Shown piece by piece: positions 8,956 through 18,472 of a DNA stretch of 64,000 bases (its first letter is position 1; the number at the start of each line of letters is the position of its first letter). Origin of the DNA: Shigella phage ChubbyThor. The stretch lies in the sequence record OL615013; one strand, 5' to 3'. The position numbers and the translations under genes were made by a program. The notes beneath the pieces were generated by a model, which was not told the origin of the DNA, searched no databases, and worked only from the letters and a program-made list of their open reading frames with translations.

Positions 8956-8957
8956 CA

Positions 8958-10004
8958 TTAGTTAGACTTGAGATACTGCTCGAAGTCGTCAATGGAAGCC
9001 GTGTTCTTGGCATCCGGTGTAGACTGAGACTGAATTTGAGTCTGAGTCTGTGACGGCGCGGCCTGCTGTTGTTTCAGGCTGTCTTGAGCAGTTGGCTGCT
9101 GGTTGACGGGCTGCTGGTGAGCAGTCTGGGTGTTAGGGGCATGTGCCATCGTGGCCGCACCACCTTCAACCAGAGGCTGGCCATCAGGGATTGCCAGAAC
9201 TTTACGCAGACGCTTTTCCAGAGAGTCGTAGTCTTTGAAGTTAGCCGGATTGAAGAATTCAAACAGGCTGTGTTCACGAGACCACACGTCTTCCATGTAG
9301 GCTTCGTCGTCGCTCAGTGGAGCCGGAGCAGCCCAACTGACGTTGGAGAAGTTGGCCACCAGACCTTCCCAGTTCCCAAACTTCTTCTGCTCACCAAAGA
9401 GCTTCAGGTTCAGGTTGGCACCTTCCCACAGATCGAACGGATCGAATTTAGGGTCGGTTGGGAATTTCGGGTTCTGCGCCTGATCCAGGATTTTCTTGAT
9501 GGCGTTACCAAACTCCAGCAGGAAGACCTTGCCGTTGTTTTCCGGTACGTTGGCATCGTTGATCACCAGGATGTTGGCGTAGTATTTGGTGTCAGGCAGA
9601 CGTTTCTTCAGGATGTCCTTCAGCTTTTCGTCGTTCGTTTCTTTCTGCTGCGCCCACAGCGGACGGTCATGGTCGCGCACCGGATCGTCGTTGCCGAACG
9701 TCTGAGGTGAGTTCTCAATGTACCAACCACCAGGTCCCTGGAACTGATGCTTCATGATCATGGCGCAAGGGGTCAGGATCTGATCTTTATCGATCGTTCC
9801 TTCTTCCTGTGCCTTGATGTCTACCAGTGGGACTGGCAGGAAGCGGATGGTGTTCTCGGAGATGCCATCTTTGTTCCAAGTCCATTTCCAGATGCGAGGA
9901 TCCTTCTGGAAGCCGGACTTCTGGCCTTGCTGTGCAAGACGCGCCTGCATTGCGTCAGCTTGCTGACCACGGGACGCTTTCAGACGATCGAATAAATTAC
10001 CCAT
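8958..10004 (-). CDS. 32: single-stranded DNA-binding protein gp32
   Basis: 348 aa; IRFLP, YYANILV, PENNGKVF, LWEGANLNLK blocks collinear with T4 gp32 (IRFLP, YWANILV, PENEGKVF, CPWEGANF); acidic Gln/Ser-rich C-tail. Confidence 0.85.
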   Translation of the reverse strand: MGNLFDRLKASRGQQADAMQARLAQQGQKSGFQKDPRIWKWTWNKDGISENTIRFLPVPLVDIKAQEEGTIDKDQILTPCAMIMKHQFQGPGGWYIENSPQTFGNDDPVRDHDRPLWAQQKETNDEKLKDILKKRLPDTKYYANILVINDANVPENNGKVFLLEFGNAIKKILDQAQNPKFPTDPKFDPFDLWEGANLNLKLFGEQKKFGNWEGLVANFSNVSWAAPAPLSDDEAYMEDVWSREHSLFEFFNPANFKDYDSLEKRLRKVLAIPDGQPLVEGGAATMAHAPNTQTAHQQPVNQQPTAQDSLKQQQAAPSQTQTQIQSQSTPDAKNTASIDDFEQYLKSN

Positions 10005-10071
10005 TTCTTAATTCCTCTGTTTCCGCCCCTCAGGGCTATTCTGTTACATGTATTTTCAGTTTGCTACAAAG

Positions 10072-10089
10072 CGGGGTAATTATACCCCG
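10072..10089 (-). repeat. palindromic stem-loop element, family A copy 1 (CGGGGTAAT-TATACCCCG) in gp32 5' leader
   Basis: 7-bp stem cggggta/taccccg; same element recurs at ~45764 and ~46325. Confidence 0.6.
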
Positions 10090-10102
10090 ATACTACATTG
10101 AT

Positions 10103-10342
10103 TTAACCTTTAAGCACTTGATTTGCTGGGTCAATTTCAATAATGTCGAACACGTCCGAAAACGTCTTCTTGCCTTCCTCGTGGGTATGGTACTCAACGA
10201 CATATGAGCGACCATCAGGGGTAACGTAACGAATACGATCCGTCTGGTCGGCATGCTCGTTCAGGCTACCCACTCGCCAGCGCATTGCGCCAGGAAGAAA
10301 CTCGGCAGCTTTCATTGCGCTGTAAATTGATTCTTTGCTCAT
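10103..10342 (-). CDS. hypothetical protein
   Basis: ORF track 79 aa. Confidence 0.4.
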   Translation of the reverse strand: MSKESIYSAMKAAEFLPGAMRWRVGSLNEHADQTDRIRYVTPDGRSYVVEYHTHEEGKKTFSDVFDIIEIDPANQVLKG

Positions 10343-10349
10343 AATAAAC

Positions 10350-10595
10350 CTACACTAATTTCTTGGACTTCAGCGTGTCTTTGATCAGGCGCGCATCGGA
10401 GCACTCAGCTGTCAGTCGCGACAACAATGGTGCTGTAATCATCTTTCTGACTTTGGTTTCGTCTATGTCGTTCTCTTCACAGACAGCAGCCAGAGTCTCA
10501 AGGATACTATCCTTGGTTTGGGCGGCGCGCAGTAGGACAATTTCAGAAAATGATTCTGGTGTCATTACAAGCGCTGGTAGTTTTTCGTCAGACAT
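10350..10595 (-). CDS. hypothetical protein
   Basis: ORF track 81 aa. Confidence 0.4.
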   Translation of the reverse strand: MSDEKLPALVMTPESFSEIVLLRAAQTKDSILETLAAVCEENDIDETKVRKMITAPLLSRLTAECSDARLIKDTLKSKKLV

Positions 10596-10833
10596 CGATC
10601 GTGTTCCCCTTGCCCGAACCCTTCTTTATCGTGCGCAAGACGTCCTTGAAGCCGTCTGGAGCCGATTGTGGTCCCTTCACCCCAGAGACAATCTTGGGAG
10701 CACCCACCACCATTTTAATCTCCCCTCCGCACTCAGTGCAGGGGTTGGATTCAGGCTCATGGCGATCTGCAATAGATTTACGCAGTGTCAACGCGTTACC
10801 ACAGCCCTTGCATTGATAATCATACAGCGGCAT
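10588..10833 (-). CDS. FmdB-type zinc-ribbon protein
   Basis: 81 aa; MPLYDYQCKGCG ... CTECGG two CxxC pairs typical of FmdB zinc ribbon. Confidence 0.5.
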   Translation of the reverse strand: MPLYDYQCKGCGNALTLRKSIADRHEPESNPCTECGGEIKMVVGAPKIVSGVKGPQSAPDGFKDVLRTIKKGSGKGNTIDV

Positions 10834-11131
10834 GGAACACCCCCACAGTTGTCAGCACAAAACGAACCATAATGATAACCAGCAGCAACACTGTAGAAAA
10901 CACAATGCGCTTAATCATTTTGTCACGGATCTGAATGAACTGATATGAGAGGATAGCCTCGGCCTGTTGATCGGCACGAACGTTCGTGTCACGATGTGGT
11001 GACAGTGTGTAGAAGTTGATCTGGTACACATACGCATGAACCAGAGTGAAGAACGACTTCACCCAGACCAAGACAACCACTAACAACAAAGCGAACGTCA
11101 GGAAGTTCGCCAACAACCAGTAATCGACCAT
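10820..11131 (-). CDS. small membrane protein (two predicted TM helices)
   Basis: 103 aa; hydrophobic stretches LLANFLTFALLLVVVLVWV and IVFSTVLLLVIIMV. Confidence 0.45.
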   Translation of the reverse strand: MVDYWLLANFLTFALLLVVVLVWVKSFFTLVHAYVYQINFYTLSPHRDTNVRADQQAEAILSYQFIQIRDKMIKRIVFSTVLLLVIIMVRFVLTTVGVFHAAV

Positions 11132-11721
11132 TATACACCTCTGTTGAAGTCTGGATTATTCTCAATGAAGTAAGAGCCACAAGCCATTATCGCAAACGAA
11201 TCCACGAGGTCATCGATTGGCTTGGGATCCTTAACTTCCAACATGTCCATTATACCGCGCATATTAACATTGAACAGCGACTCGAAGTGAGCGATCATGG
11301 CGTGTTTATCCGCGTTGCCCTTGTCGGTGAACATCTTCTTCACATGGGATGGCGTCACGATCTGGAAGTCGAAATTGTTACGGCGCAGGGCTTGCTTCAA
11401 CAGAGAGGTATTCTCTGCGGTCTGGCAGATGTTGTTGGAGTTCTTAGAGTTGCCCATGGCATACCCTTCAAGAGTGATCGCATCCGGCTTCTCGGTCAAC
11501 AGGACAGCCTCAGCCCATTTACAGATGTTATAGAAGCGCTCTTCTGGGGTCTCCCACTTCGGCTGCTTCATGATGAGGATGTTCTGGCGAATCTGAGTGC
11601 AGTACTTCTCCACAGTATAATATGCGTAGAAGCGCAGATGATCAAAATCAAGAGGGTCCTTGTCATCCCAGAAGCACAGGGATGGGCAACCATAGGAGTA
11701 GTCGATTCCGCAATATTTCAT
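11131..11721 (-). CDS. RuvC-like Holliday junction resolvase (RNase H fold)
   Basis: 196 aa; MKYCGIDYSYG (first catalytic Asp), ITLEGY (Glu), ...DDLVDSFAIMA (C-terminal acidic pair) in RuvC order. Confidence 0.5.
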   Translation of the reverse strand: MKYCGIDYSYGCPSLCFWDDKDPLDFDHLRFYAYYTVEKYCTQIRQNILIMKQPKWETPEERFYNICKWAEAVLLTEKPDAITLEGYAMGNSKNSNNICQTAENTSLLKQALRRNNFDFQIVTPSHVKKMFTDKGNADKHAMIAHFESLFNVNMRGIMDMLEVKDPKPIDDLVDSFAIMACGSYFIENNPDFNRGV

Positions 11722-11772
11722 GTAAATAGCCCATAACGAAGTTTCATTGGTGTATGGGCTATTTACGCCGGG

Positions 11773-12264
11773 TTAACGGGTGATGATTTTACCTTCAGGT
11801 AGAATCAGACCAGGGTGGTCCAGGTTCTTCTGCATCTGTTGGATACTCTGCAGGATCACGGTAGTGTCGATGTGGCGTTTCACTTTGCGAGCCTCATCAC
11901 CATAAGAGATCTGCCCCTGAGGATCGATATAATGAGCCGACACAACCTGCAGGTCATACCCGCATTTCATCAGGTACTTGGCGATGTTGCTGACTTCCAG
12001 CGACAGGGATTCACCGTCAACGCCGATGTTGGCTGAGTAGACGATAGCGCCGTTTTCTGCTGCTGTCGGGTCAAACAACACCATACCAGCGATCGTCTGG
12101 ATCAAAGGAACTCCCTCGGTATCGAAAGCCACCTGATCGAACGCACCGATGAACTCATCCGGCACTTTACCTTCGGCATCAGAAACTGTGTGTTTCATCA
12201 GGTCCAGGACGTGTTGTTGTACTTCCTCAATCGGAGCACGTTCAACGGGTTTTTCGTTTTGCAT
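11773..12264 (-). CDS. hypothetical protein (start chosen to avoid overlap with upstream ORF)
   Basis: ORF track 11773..12375; internal Met at ~12264 follows stop of 12242..12772. Confidence 0.4.
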   Translation of the reverse strand: MQNEKPVERAPIEEVQQHVLDLMKHTVSDAEGKVPDEFIGAFDQVAFDTEGVPLIQTIAGMVLFDPTAAENGAIVYSANIGVDGESLSLEVSNIAKYLMKCGYDLQVVSAHYIDPQGQISYGDEARKVKRHIDTTVILQSIQQMQKNLDHPGLILPEGKIITR

Positions 12265-12772
12265 TACTTTTCTCCAGTTCATAATCGCGCTCCACAACAT
12301 ATTGGTAGACACGCATCTTAATATAGTCGGCACCACCTGCTGAAGACAGCACCCTCCATCCACTACTGAGGGCATTCATCTTATATTGACCAACCCCCTC
12401 TTGAAAATAACTTTTAATCTGTTCCAGCTTTCGCCCACGATGATAATAAGAGATGAGTTCACCGATAACAATACAATCGGGATAATTTTTGTCAAGGGTG
12501 TCAATATTGCGGTGGACATAGACAGGCAACACTTCTTCATCGTCGATAGGGCTGTAGCACGGGTCTACGATGACCACCTGTAGGCCATACGACAATAAAT
12601 CCTTGACGCCCAGACGACAGAACTTATAATCTTCGTGCTTCATTGCCACCTGGAGAATATTCTCTTTCTTGGCATAATCGGACAGGAAGATAAAGAAGTC
12701 TGTGTTGGGATCGGGATATTGTATAGACAATTCTTTGCCTATTTCACTAAAACAAAATCCGCGCATTTTCAT
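12242..12772 (-). CDS. hypothetical protein
   Basis: ORF track 176 aa. Confidence 0.45.
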   Translation of the reverse strand: MKMRGFCFSEIGKELSIQYPDPNTDFFIFLSDYAKKENILQVAMKHEDYKFCRLGVKDLLSYGLQVVIVDPCYSPIDDEEVLPVYVHRNIDTLDKNYPDCIVIGELISYYHRGRKLEQIKSYFQEGVGQYKMNALSSGWRVLSSAGGADYIKMRVYQYVVERDYELEKSNAKRKTR

Positions 12773-12815
12773 TCCTCGTTATAATTACTCTTACAATATA
12801 CCGTGGAGATACATT

Positions 12816-13622
12816 ATGAATTTGCCATCATTGCCCAGAACAGAAAAGACATATAAAAGCGACTTTTGGCCTACTGTGATCAAATATCGCGCCTTTACTG
12901 CGGGGCAACAAACTTTATTACTTCAGGTGTCAGATCCGCAAACGCCGATTGAAGAACGCGCGGCCATGATGGAGAGCCTCTTCAGCGAATGTGTAAATGC
13001 AGGTGCGCCATTCAGCAAACTACCAATCGGTGTTGTCGAAGAAGTGTTCATCCGTATGCGCATGATCGCCATCGGCGAATTGATGAAGATTCGCTACAAG
13101 TGCAATAATCAGGTTGAAGAAACGATCGATCTGGGAGATGGCCAAGAAAAGCGCCAGATGGTTCCCTGTGAGCAGGAACTGACTCTGCCTATCCCGCTGA
13201 ACAATGTAAAATGCATTGCTCAGGACGGCTTCCAGGAGACGTTTGACCTGCCGGGTGGCTATCACCTCAAGATGCGCCAACCTTCCTTCTCGGACGCCAC
13301 GGCGCTGTCTGATGCTGTAAGTGTTGAGATGATGCTGGCCACCTTTATCGACTGCCTGTACGATGATGACGGTCAGGTGTGGAAGGTTGAGAATCCTGAA
13401 GAAATCGGGATCACTCCGGAAGAGGCTACCGAGCGCCGCCGTGTGAAAGAAGCGTTTGTTGAGTGGGTGAAGGATAACATCGAATCAGATGTCATCGACA
13501 GCATTACGAAGAACTTCTTCCACAAAATACCGCGCATCCACTACAAGAGTTCAATCAAGTGTCCGAAGTGTGGTAAGGAACACAAGATCGAATTCAATAG
13601 CATTAATGAAATTTTCATCTAA
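12816..13622 (+). CDS. hypothetical protein with C-terminal zinc ribbon (CPKCG)
   Basis: ORF track 12702..13622; likely ATG at 12816 (MNLPSLPRTEK); plus-strand island upstream of gp5. Confidence 0.45.
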   Translation: MNLPSLPRTEKTYKSDFWPTVIKYRAFTAGQQTLLLQVSDPQTPIEERAAMMESLFSECVNAGAPFSKLPIGVVEEVFIRMRMIAIGELMKIRYKCNNQVEETIDLGDGQEKRQMVPCEQELTLPIPLNNVKCIAQDGFQETFDLPGGYHLKMRQPSFSDATALSDAVSVEMMLATFIDCLYDDDGQVWKVENPEEIGITPEEATERRRVKEAFVEWVKDNIESDVIDSITKNFFHKIPRIHYKSSIKCPKCGKEHKIEFNSINEIFI

Positions 13623-13771
13623 TGTTTGAAACTGATTTACTATCCTACTTCGTGATGTGTGATGAATTGAAGTTACACGGCTATAGCATATTTGAAATCA
13701 ACGAGTCGATGCCGTGGCATCTTGACTTGTTAACCGAAGCCCTCAAGGTCAGGTTGTCTAAGAAACAGTAA
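13622..13771 (+). CDS. small ORF (49 aa), start overlapping upstream stop (TAATG)
   Basis: MFETDLLSYFVMCDELKLHGYSIFEINESMPWHLDLLTEALKVRLSKKQ; below ORF-track size cut-off; followed immediately by terminator. Confidence 0.3.
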   Translation: MFETDLLSYFVMCDELKLHGYSIFEINESMPWHLDLLTEALKVRLSKKQ

Positions 13772-13795
13772 TCCCGCTTCGGCGGGATTTTTATT
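13771..13795 (+). terminator. intrinsic terminator (ATCCCGCttcgGCGGGATTTTT)
   Basis: 7-bp GC stem, UUCG loop, T-run. Confidence 0.7.
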
Positions 13796-14090
13796 GGCTT
13801 AACTGTAAAACAGGTTAACGCGTGCTCTCTTTACCTGAAATTGTTATAATGGGCTTGTTCCTGAGTCATTTGTTGGGGATCGTCTATTTTGAATCAGATT
13901 GTCAGTAAAATACCATTTTTCAAGGAGTGTTCTGAGGTGTACAGTTATTGCCTCGCTCTTATGCCTCCATGGCATTGGAATGGTGCTGCCTGCATAAGGC
14001 GGTGTGATGAGCGAAGCGAATAGGATCGAATAACAAATAAAATGAACGGAAGCAGAGCTTCCTATAGTATATAAGGCAAAATCCGCTGCG

Positions 14091-14098
14091 CATAAATA
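14091..14098 (+). promoter_or_regulatory. late-promoter-like CATAAATA upstream of gp5
   Basis: 7/8 match to TATAAATA ~35 nt upstream of the 14133 start. Confidence 0.4.
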
Positions 14099-14132
14099 CC
14101 TTCAAATCCTTGTTTGACAACCGGAACTCAAT

Positions 14133-15743
14133 ATGTTAGACAATATGAGATGGTTTTATGGCACCGTTGAAGATGTCAACGATCCAGACCAAAACGGGCG
14201 CGTCGCCGTCCGCATCTATGGCGTCCACACTGATGACACCGTCCTCCTGCCTACGGACAAACTCCCATGGGCGAAGGTGCTGATGCCTGCTTCAAACGCC
14301 TCCTCTGCTGGTTTAGGTTGGTCTCCAACGGGTATCATTCCTGGCACTGAGGTCATGGGGTTCGCCCTTGACGAAGCATACCAGAACTTACGCATCACCT
14401 GGACTTGGCCTGGGGCAAATCCCACTGATGGAGCTGACACGAATCCGCTGGCTCTCGGACAGGTCGTTCAATCTGTAGAACGTCAGGCGTACAACGCTGT
14501 CACTGACGTTCCTGTGAAACAAGAAGACGAACCACAACCAGATCCACAACCACCTGTTGGCGGGTATGATCCTGAAAAATGGATGACCATCGCTCGTGGC
14601 GAGCTGGGTGTCAAGGAGTACGCCGGAAAGTTCAACAACAACCCGCGCATTATAGAATATCACAAGACAACCTCCCTTGGCGCTTCTGAAGATGAAGTGT
14701 CGTGGTGTGCGGCGTTCGTGGGCTGGGTTATGTTGCAGGCTGGATACACGTCTACGCGCTCCGCTCTTGCCCGATCTTACCTTACATGGGGTAGTGCACT
14801 GTCAGCACCACAATATGGTGCTATCGTAGTCTTCCGGCGCGGTAACAACCCTACATTTGGACACGTGGCGTTTGTACAGAAGTTCGACGCAAACTATGTC
14901 TGGTGTATCGGTGGCAACCAATCCGATTCAGTGAAGGTCAGCCGCTTCAGCCGTTCGTCAGTCCTGGGCTACCGCTGGCCTGGTCCGGCGAATACAGCTT
15001 CAGCCGCCCCAGCGCAACAGAACGGGAAATGGTCTGAGCCTATCCCTGATCGTACCCCAAAAGAGCAGGCAACTCCGGCTCCTACAGGGCGCGTACAGGA
15101 TATTGATAACACGGGCGAAACTATGGTTCCGGCAGCGGGTGGCTCCAAGTACCCGTACAACAACGTCATGGCATCCCGAGCAGGTCACATAATGGAGGTG
15201 GACGACACTCCTGGTGGTGAGCGTCTTCATTGGATGCACATGTCCGGTTCCTACAAACAGATGCTCCCGAACGGCGACGTCGTCAACAAGTCAGTGAAGG
15301 ATCATTATGACCTGACCATGTTTGACAAGCGCTATTATGTCGGCGGGGACCACAACCTGACGGTCAAAGGAACTGAAGTGCAGCGCAAGACTGGCGAGGT
15401 CTATCACCTTCACTCCAACAACTACTCCAACGTGGTTGCGGGTACAGCGCTGATGAAATTCAGTGACCTGGCTGAGTTGCAAGCACAGAATATTCTGCGC
15501 ATCATCTGCGAGACTCTGGAGGTCGGCGGGACGTTGAAGGTTCCTAAGATTCTGGCAACAGAGATCATCGCCGACAAACTGACGGTTGCTCAGACGATTA
15601 ATGGTAACATCATATATGCCGAAGGTGCTGGTCGCGCTTCTTCTCTGTCAGGTGCAACCCCTGCATCCCCTACGGGACCAGGTGAGATTGATATCAAGGC
15701 AGAATTAAAAGACAATGGTGGTAATTTCGGCACCGAAGAGTAA
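14133..15743 (+). CDS. 5: baseplate hub / tail-associated cell-puncturing protein gp5-like with Cys-His peptidase (CHAP/NlpC-P60-like) domain
   Basis: 536 aa; N-terminal WFYGTVEDVNDPDQNGRVAVRIYGVHTDD matches T4 gp5 OB-fold opening (WFVGVVEDVMDP...RVRVFGLHTDD); central SWCAAFVGWVM ... GHVAFV Cys/His pair instead of T4 lysozyme domain. Confidence 0.75.
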   Translation: MLDNMRWFYGTVEDVNDPDQNGRVAVRIYGVHTDDTVLLPTDKLPWAKVLMPASNASSAGLGWSPTGIIPGTEVMGFALDEAYQNLRITWTWPGANPTDGADTNPLALGQVVQSVERQAYNAVTDVPVKQEDEPQPDPQPPVGGYDPEKWMTIARGELGVKEYAGKFNNNPRIIEYHKTTSLGASEDEVSWCAAFVGWVMLQAGYTSTRSALARSYLTWGSALSAPQYGAIVVFRRGNNPTFGHVAFVQKFDANYVWCIGGNQSDSVKVSRFSRSSVLGYRWPGPANTASAAPAQQNGKWSEPIPDRTPKEQATPAPTGRVQDIDNTGETMVPAAGGSKYPYNNVMASRAGHIMEVDDTPGGERLHWMHMSGSYKQMLPNGDVVNKSVKDHYDLTMFDKRYYVGGDHNLTVKGTEVQRKTGEVYHLHSNNYSNVVAGTALMKFSDLAELQAQNILRIICETLEVGGTLKVPKILATEIIADKLTVAQTINGNIIYAEGAGRASSLSGATPASPTGPGEIDIKAELKDNGGNFGTEE

Positions 15744-15816
15744 GTTGGTATAAGTTTAGTGGCAGAGGGGCAGCATGCCTCTCTGCTCCTTATAGGCATC
15801 CTGAGAGGATCGCGAA

Positions 15817-16197
15817 ATGAAAGAGTACAAAGATGTCGATCTGAAGTTCGGCATGCACCCGGTGACCAAAGATGTCACCATGAAATCAGGCGTATACGCT
15901 GTCTTGCAATCTGTGCGGAATATTGTCATGTCTTCAGCCGGTGACTGGCCCACTTATCCTGGGATCGGCGCGGGGCTTTATGGGCTGCTGGGTGAAAACA
16001 CGACACCGACTATCCAGGTAGATGTGAAGAACAAAGTAGAGGACGCCATCGCCCTGTATGAACCCAGGGCAGAGGTAGAAGAAGTCACGGTGAGTCTGTC
16101 AGAGGATTACCACTCTCTGGGCGTGACCATCACATTCTATGTGGTCAACAATCCAGATCCAATAACAGACACCGTGTGGTTGAAAAGGACGAATTAG
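15817..16197 (+). CDS. 25: baseplate wedge protein gp25-like (GPW/gp25 family)
   Basis: 126 aa; RNIVMSSAGDWPTYPGIGAGLYGLL matches GPW/gp25 signature. Confidence 0.7.
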   Translation: MKEYKDVDLKFGMHPVTKDVTMKSGVYAVLQSVRNIVMSSAGDWPTYPGIGAGLYGLLGENTTPTIQVDVKNKVEDAIALYEPRAEVEEVTVSLSEDYHSLGVTITFYVVNNPDPITDTVWLKRTN

Positions 16198-16544
16198 AAT
16201 TTCGTCCTGAATGCCGGAGCCACGACTAACATGAAGTGGCTCAATAACCTGAACATCTCCTTACCGTTGAAGTGGTAGAGGATAATTATCGGTCTGACAC
16301 CAACTACCGAACCATCCAGCTTCTTGTTCAACACAAATCTGGAATCGACACTGACCTTCCCACTCTCTTCTTCTCCTTGTTTGTCGTAGACCACGCAACT
16401 TGTGACATAACCGATCTGAGATCCATCCTCAGACTGCAATGGTAGCATGTGCCCTTCAGACAACAGATGATGCAGGTTCTGGTATAAACCTTTGTCTGGT
16501 ATGGGGACTGCCAGCTGCATGCTCAGCTCTTTGTAATCTTGCAT
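16194..16544 (-). CDS. hypothetical protein
   Basis: ORF track 116 aa. Confidence 0.4.
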   Translation of the reverse strand: MQDYKELSMQLAVPIPDKGLYQNLHHLLSEGHMLPLQSEDGSQIGYVTSCVVYDKQGEEESGKVSVDSRFVLNKKLDGSVVGVRPIIILYHFNGKEMFRLLSHFMLVVAPAFRTKF

Positions 16545-16549
16545 GAGGA

Positions 16550-17011
16550 CTACTCCGCCAGGGTGATCACAACCATATTTAAGACTGTGTCGATAGCTCG
16601 GCCTGTTTCCTCTTCATGGAGGGTTTCGGCGCGGAGGTGTACGTCGGTGATGAAATTGTCGATGTGCATTGACGTCAGGTACGGGCGGTGCTGGCTGACC
16701 GGACGGTTGATCAGTACATAGTTGCGCAGTGTGTTGAAGTCCTGCTGAGAGCACCCTGTGGTGTCGATACGAAGGAAGCGTTCATTGTGGCTTGTCTTCA
16801 GTTCAGTTACTTTGCCGAGGTAGACCAGAGGTCCATTGCGACCGATACGGAACATAACATCAACAACAGACTTGAAGATTTCGCGTTCAATCAGTGCGGT
16901 GGGTGACCAGCAGATCTCTTCTTTGTCGTCGGCGTACAGGGTGTCGATCACCAGAGGGAGTTGAATGTAACCGAAGTTGTGCAGTGGATTGGTGAGTACT
17001 TTGTTTGTCAT
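16550..17011 (-). CDS. hypothetical protein
   Basis: ORF track 153 aa; preceded by conserved leader TTGAAAGCGGGAACTATATC-ATG. Confidence 0.5.
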   Translation of the reverse strand: MTNKVLTNPLHNFGYIQLPLVIDTLYADDKEEICWSPTALIEREIFKSVVDVMFRIGRNGPLVYLGKVTELKTSHNERFLRIDTTGCSQQDFNTLRNYVLINRPVSQHRPYLTSMHIDNFITDVHLRAETLHEEETGRAIDTVLNMVVITLAE

Positions 17012-17087
17012 GATATAGTTCCCGCTTTCAATTTGTGGCGAATGCCAATGAATTACTGGGAAGTATAAGCGCAGGGATTATAGAAGT

Positions 17088-17110
17088 AAAGCCCCTCATT
17101 GAGGGGCTTT
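17088..17110 (-). terminator. stem-loop (AAAGCCCCTCattGAGGGGCTTT), probable terminator of nrdH transcript
   Basis: 10-bp perfect stem between nrdH stop and next gene. Confidence 0.5.
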
Positions 17111-17116
17111 GACAGA

Positions 17117-17341
17117 TCAGCGTTTGAGGCTGGCGGCGAGTCCACTAACGTCGGTCACGGTCTGGTCAGCGAGGACGATTACAGGCATAGACATGCGTGG
17201 CTTACCCGTCAACTTCTGAAGTTCTTCCAGCTGGTAGTCTTTGTCCAGCTTGAGGATCTTGTGTTCCAGCCCTTTCATCTTGCACAGATTTTCAGCTGTA
17301 ACACACTGAGCGCAACCTTGTTTGGAATAGATCGTAATCAT
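17117..17341 (-). CDS. nrdH: glutaredoxin-like redoxin NrdH/NrdC
   Basis: 74 aa; MITIYSKQGCAQC CxxC active site at N-terminus; adjacent to nrdB. Confidence 0.65.
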   Translation of the reverse strand: MITIYSKQGCAQCVTAENLCKMKGLEHKILKLDKDYQLEELQKLTGKPRMSMPVIVLADQTVTDVSGLAASLKR

Positions 17342-17350
17342 TTCTCACCT

Positions 17351-18454
17351 TTAAGCGAATTTGAGGCCGTCGGATACTGAACCAGTCAGTACACCCATCA
17401 GATAATCAGGAGCTTCAGCTTCCTGCAATGCGTATTGCATTGTTTTATTATCTAGCCAGTCGTTAATCCATGGGACTGGGTTCTCCTTGCGAGGTTCACC
17501 AGGATATGGGTGTCCGATAGCCCCCATTCGATGGGTTGCCAGCCAGTCTACCATCTGATGAAGGATCTTGGCGTTCAGCCCCAGGATGGAACCGTCTTTG
17601 AACAGGTAGTTCGCCCACTCCTTCTCTTGATGAACCACGTCCAGGAACATCTGGGTCATCTCACCACGCAGTTCCTCACGGATGATTGCAAAGTCGGGGT
17701 CCATGCCAGGCAGGCGGTTTAGCAGCGTCTGGGTCAGGATCAGGTGATCTTGCTCATCACGGGCGATCTGGCGGATAATTTTAGCGTTACCCTCCATCTT
17801 CTGCTGGAACTGCATGAACGCCCAAGAACATGCAAAGGACACGTAGAAGCGGATACCTTCCAGTGTGTTGGCAGCAAACAGAGCACGCCAGAATGCACGT
17901 TTGGCATTCATCAGATCTTCTTGGGTGAAGACGCGCCCAGCCATGCGCATGCCGCTGTAACGAACCATGTCGTCGTAGTACACGCTGATCTGGTGGGCAC
18001 AGTCTACGATCTCTGCAACGTCCAGCACGTGGTCAAACACGATACCAGGATCGTTCACAGTATTGCGCAGGATGTGGGTGTAAGACAGAGAGTGGATGGC
18101 TTCCTGGCGCGTCCATTCAAGGACAGCGAACTGCATTTCAGGGGTGGAAGCCCATGGGCCAAACGCCTCGAACGGAGCCGCACCCTGAATAGAATCCAGC
18201 ATGGTCTGGCGCTTCAGGTTGCTGAAGTAGACGTGCTTCTCTGCTTCATTCAGAGTAGCAAAGTCGGCCTTGTCCTTGGTGATGTCTACCTCTTCAGGGC
18301 GCCAGAACTGGCTGAGGCCTTTTTCATACCACTTCTGTACGAATGGCCAGGCCACGACGTCGTAGCGCTGGATGCTCACTGGGTCACCGAAGAACGGCAG
18401 ACCAGTGTTGTTCGAGCTTGGGTCGAATACGGAGAATTGTTTCTGTTCGCTCAT
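17351..18454 (-). CDS. nrdB: ribonucleotide reductase class Ia beta subunit NrdB
   Basis: 367 aa; di-iron ligand helices (EAIHSLSYTHI etc.); directly downstream of nrdA. Confidence 0.85.
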   Translation of the reverse strand: MSEQKQFSVFDPSSNNTGLPFFGDPVSIQRYDVVAWPFVQKWYEKGLSQFWRPEEVDITKDKADFATLNEAEKHVYFSNLKRQTMLDSIQGAAPFEAFGPWASTPEMQFAVLEWTRQEAIHSLSYTHILRNTVNDPGIVFDHVLDVAEIVDCAHQISVYYDDMVRYSGMRMAGRVFTQEDLMNAKRAFWRALFAANTLEGIRFYVSFACSWAFMQFQQKMEGNAKIIRQIARDEQDHLILTQTLLNRLPGMDPDFAIIREELRGEMTQMFLDVVHQEKEWANYLFKDGSILGLNAKILHQMVDWLATHRMGAIGHPYPGEPRKENPVPWINDWLDNKTMQYALQEAEAPDYLMGVLTGSVSDGLKFA

Positions 18455-18472
18455 GTTTCTTTCCTGATTAAT

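Noticed and set aside
13796-14132. Possible tRNA or other structured RNA gene in the long gap upstream of gp5
   Set aside because: A TTCAAAT T-loop-like heptamer is present but no flanking 5-bp T-stem, acceptor stem or anticodon arm could be built by eye; left as an open question in findings, not called as a tRNA.
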